Of a stretch of DNA of 64,000 bases, positions 61,469 through 64,000 are shown piece after piece. The stretch covers positions 2,356,001 to 2,420,000 of the forward strand of contig CDRNST010000056.1 of NCBI GenBank assembly GCA_977016875.1, read 5' to 3'. Under the pieces are notes generated by a model, which was not told the DNA's origin, ran no database searches, and saw nothing but the letters and a program-made list of their open reading frames with translations. How positions within the stretch are numbered: the stretch's first letter is position 1; every line of letters begins with the position of its first letter. This DNA comes from Pavona decussata. Taxonomy: Eukaryota. Made by a program: the position numbers and the translations under genes.

Positions 61469-62734
61469 ATGGCTACAGAATTCTGGCAAACGACAAGACC
61501 TAGCATCAGAGAGAGAAACAAGTTTATGCTCAACAACCATCTCTTCAGCGATGTGCAGTTTGTGGTTCGTCAGAGCGATGGTGAAAGTAAGCAAGTGATT
61601 CCAGCTCACAAGTTTGTGCTGTCGATTGGCAGTGCAGTGTTTGAAGCCATGTTTTACGGTGAGCTAGGGGACACTAGAGACTCTATTGAGCTGCCTGACT
61701 GTGAGTACGAGAGCCTGTTGGAGTTTTTCCGCTACCTGTACAGCGATGAAGTGAATTTGAGCGGAGGTAATGTAATGGGAGTGTTATACTTGGCGAAGAA
61801 ATACATGGTACCTTCAGTGGCTGAGAAATGCACGGACTATCTGCAAAATAATCTGGATCCATCAAATGTGTTCGTCGTCATGCAGTTTGCTCTGGTATAT
61901 GAAGAGAAGGACCTGATCGATCGATGCTGGAAAGTAATCGACGAACACGCAGACGCAGCTGTTAAATCGGATGGATTTGCGACACTTGAGAGGTCCTTGC
62001 TTGAAGATGTTGTTGAGAGAGATACTCTAAATATCAGAGAAGTTGAATTGTTCAAAGGAGTGGTCGAATGGGCGTCAAAGAAGTCAGAAAAACGAGGCAT
62101 CGTGGTTGATGGGCACGAAAGAAGAGGAATTATCGGAGAACGGATCCTAAAGGCTATACGCTTTTCCGAGATGAAAGAAGACGAATTTAATTCCGTGGTC
62201 GTGAAAAGCCAACTACTCACGTTTGACGAGGTAAAAAACATAACAAACCGTTTCAAATCGATGTCAAGTTTTTGCGAGGAGTTGTCAGTGATCACAAGAT
62301 GCGGTCCTTCTCGTCGCCCAGATCGTCTTTGCAGGTTCCCTTCAGCAAAGTATGGTTGGATTGGCTTTGAAAGGGTCTATTTCTCCGTGGACAGTGACAT
62401 AAGGTTCCATGGAGTGTACTTGTTTGGCAAGGAGGATAGTTCGCATTCCGTTGGGCTTACGCTTAAGAAGACAGAAGAAAAAAACATTCTTTCCTCTACA
62501 GAAGGTAAATTTTTATCTCTGCGTCACGAGTCAGGGGACTATTTTGGGTTTGACGTTTTATTTCAAGAACCAGCATTTCTGAGGAAAGACATCGTTTACT
62601 GTCTTCACGCCGTTATCAACGGTCCTAAGACTTGGTACGGTGTCAATGGAAACCGTGCAATTCAACGTTCTGGTGTGACATTTACTTTTTACGCTACAGA
62701 AGGCCAATTAAGTGAGTTCATTTTTAGCTTCTAA
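61469..62734 (+). CDS. BTBD6-like: BTB-BACK-PHR copy 6, intact, 421 aa, most divergent copy
   Basis: Full ORF with all family motifs and shortened PHR loops. Confidence 0.92.
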   Translation: MATEFWQTTRPSIRERNKFMLNNHLFSDVQFVVRQSDGESKQVIPAHKFVLSIGSAVFEAMFYGELGDTRDSIELPDCEYESLLEFFRYLYSDEVNLSGGNVMGVLYLAKKYMVPSVAEKCTDYLQNNLDPSNVFVVMQFALVYEEKDLIDRCWKVIDEHADAAVKSDGFATLERSLLEDVVERDTLNIREVELFKGVVEWASKKSEKRGIVVDGHERRGIIGERILKAIRFSEMKEDEFNSVVVKSQLLTFDEVKNITNRFKSMSSFCEELSVITRCGPSRRPDRLCRFPSAKYGWIGFERVYFSVDSDIRFHGVYLFGKEDSSHSVGLTLKKTEEKNILSSTEGKFLSLRHESGDYFGFDVLFQEPAFLRKDIVYCLHAVINGPKTWYGVNGNRAIQRSGVTFTFYATEGQLSEFIFSF

Positions 62735-63595
62735 ACAAGTGTAACATAGGCTTTTGTACATCGGATGTGACATTCACTTTTTACGCCACAGAAGGCCAAT
62801 ACTTTCAGCCTTTAAGGGAGAATAATGTGGGCTTCTGTACATTATGCTATTGGTTCATCATCATTTTTTTCCCACTACAATGATCGGAATCGAATCGGTG
62901 ACATTTACTTTTTACGCTGCTAAACTATAATGCCAATTTAGCGAGTTTATTTACAGCCTTAAAACGAGTGTAATAGAGGCATTTGTCAGTATATCGGATG
63001 TGAGATTTAGTTATGCTACAGAACTAGAAGCCGAACGGCCAATTTAGTGTGGTTATTTTCATCGTTTAAGCGAGTATAATACGGGCTTTTGTACAATGTA
63101 CATCAAGTGTGACATTTACTTTTTACACCACACAAATTAAGTGAGTTCCAATTAAGTGAGAGCCAATTAAGTGAGTTCATTTTGAGTTAGTGTAATAAAG
63201 GCTTTTGTACAAGACATTGACTTCAGCAGCCTGTACTGAAGAATTTTTAAGCGTTTAGAGAGTTTTTCAAAGTTTTGAACTCAGTTATTGTCGTTGAAAC
63301 TCTTGTATAACTTTTTACTTAGTCTTACCTTATATTCTTTTACATTTACTCGTTACTTTATATTTAGTAATTATTTATAGACGACCCGTCAAGCTATCAA
63401 GCGTTAAATTTATCGAGTTGAAATAAAGGTTTTGGTTTGATTTGATTTGATTTAATGCTTTTGATTCATTACTTAATTGCTCCAACTTAATGCTTTCTTT
63501 TTTTTCCACGACAATAATCGTCATCTGATGTAACATTTACATTTTACGCTTTCGAACTAGAAGGCCAATTTAGTGAGTTTATTTTCGGCATTAAA
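62670..63595 (+). repeat. Degenerate tandem repeats of the last ~60 coding bases, stop codon and proximal 3' flank of copy 6
   Basis: TGTGACATTTACTTTTTACGC.ACAGAAGGCCAATT.AGTGAGTT.ATTTT at about 62674, 62766, 62898, 62999, 63108 and 63528. Confidence 0.85.
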
Positions 63596-64000
63596 GGCCC
63601 AGTGCAGACGCCGAACTTTTCATGAGCCGAACTTAATTTAAATAAAAGTTGGCCCAAATTACGAAAATCCCGCCTTTTGATTCAGACGCCAAACTAATTA
63701 GCCAAACTTAATTTACTTGAAGCAAAACCAATCGAAATGTCAGGAGTTTTTTCTATGTTTTAATTTTTTTTTATTTGAAATACGTTATAATAATTTATGC
63801 ATTAGGTTCGGCTCATGAAAAGTTCGACGTCTGAATCAAAGCCGTTCCAAAGCCGAAATTCCCGGCTGAGCCAGGCGGGAAGAACGGCTGAGCCGTTCCA
63901 AATTGAAACAGCCGTTCTCAACTGATTAAGACGCCGAACTTTTCATGTACTTAATTCGAGGTATTAGGTTCGGCCAAGAGAAGATGAAGGTACATCCTCT
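63594..64000. mobile_element. Harbinger-like MITE, probably continuing past the window end
   Basis: AGGCCCAGTGCAGACGCCGAACTTTTCATGAGCCGAAC, with an inverted copy at ~63806-63833 and a direct copy at ~63929. Confidence 0.55.

Noticed and set aside
47019-62734. Functional link between GGT (glutathione metabolism) and the BTB adaptors, by analogy with KEAP1-NRF2
   Set aside because: Adjacency in an animal genome is not evidence, and these adaptors have PHR rather than Kelch domains.

Overview
Eukaryotic, AT-rich invertebrate DNA. The repeat landscape and gene content look like a stony coral or other cnidarian (inference). The window holds six single-coding-exon BTB-BACK-PHR (BTBD1/2/3/6-type Cullin-3 adaptor) copies on the + strand: four intact (1558, 22337, 27931, 61469) and two broken (9108, 19375). 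Their BTB domains are nearly identical while their PHR domains differ in clustered patches. Roughly 0.3-21 kb and 21.2-32.4 kb are two diverged copies of one segment, so many insertions can be checked against an empty site. Two spliced genes lie on the - strand. One is an 8-coding-exon gamma-glutamyltranspeptidase (47019-54521, about 613 aa). The other is an unrecognised 3-coding-exon protein (31650-35701, about 684 aa) that starts MGCGSS, has a long disordered repeat region and ends in an eight-strand beta-repeat domain. Transposons are dense: a decayed Academ element, nested elements with 9-bp target-site duplications (TSDs) and a RecQ-like remnant (AcademH-like), a Kolobok-like element with a THAP remnant, several MITE families, a tRNA-SINE and a fragmented CR1/L2-group LINE. 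Exon boundaries and TSDs were read by eye. No database searches were run.
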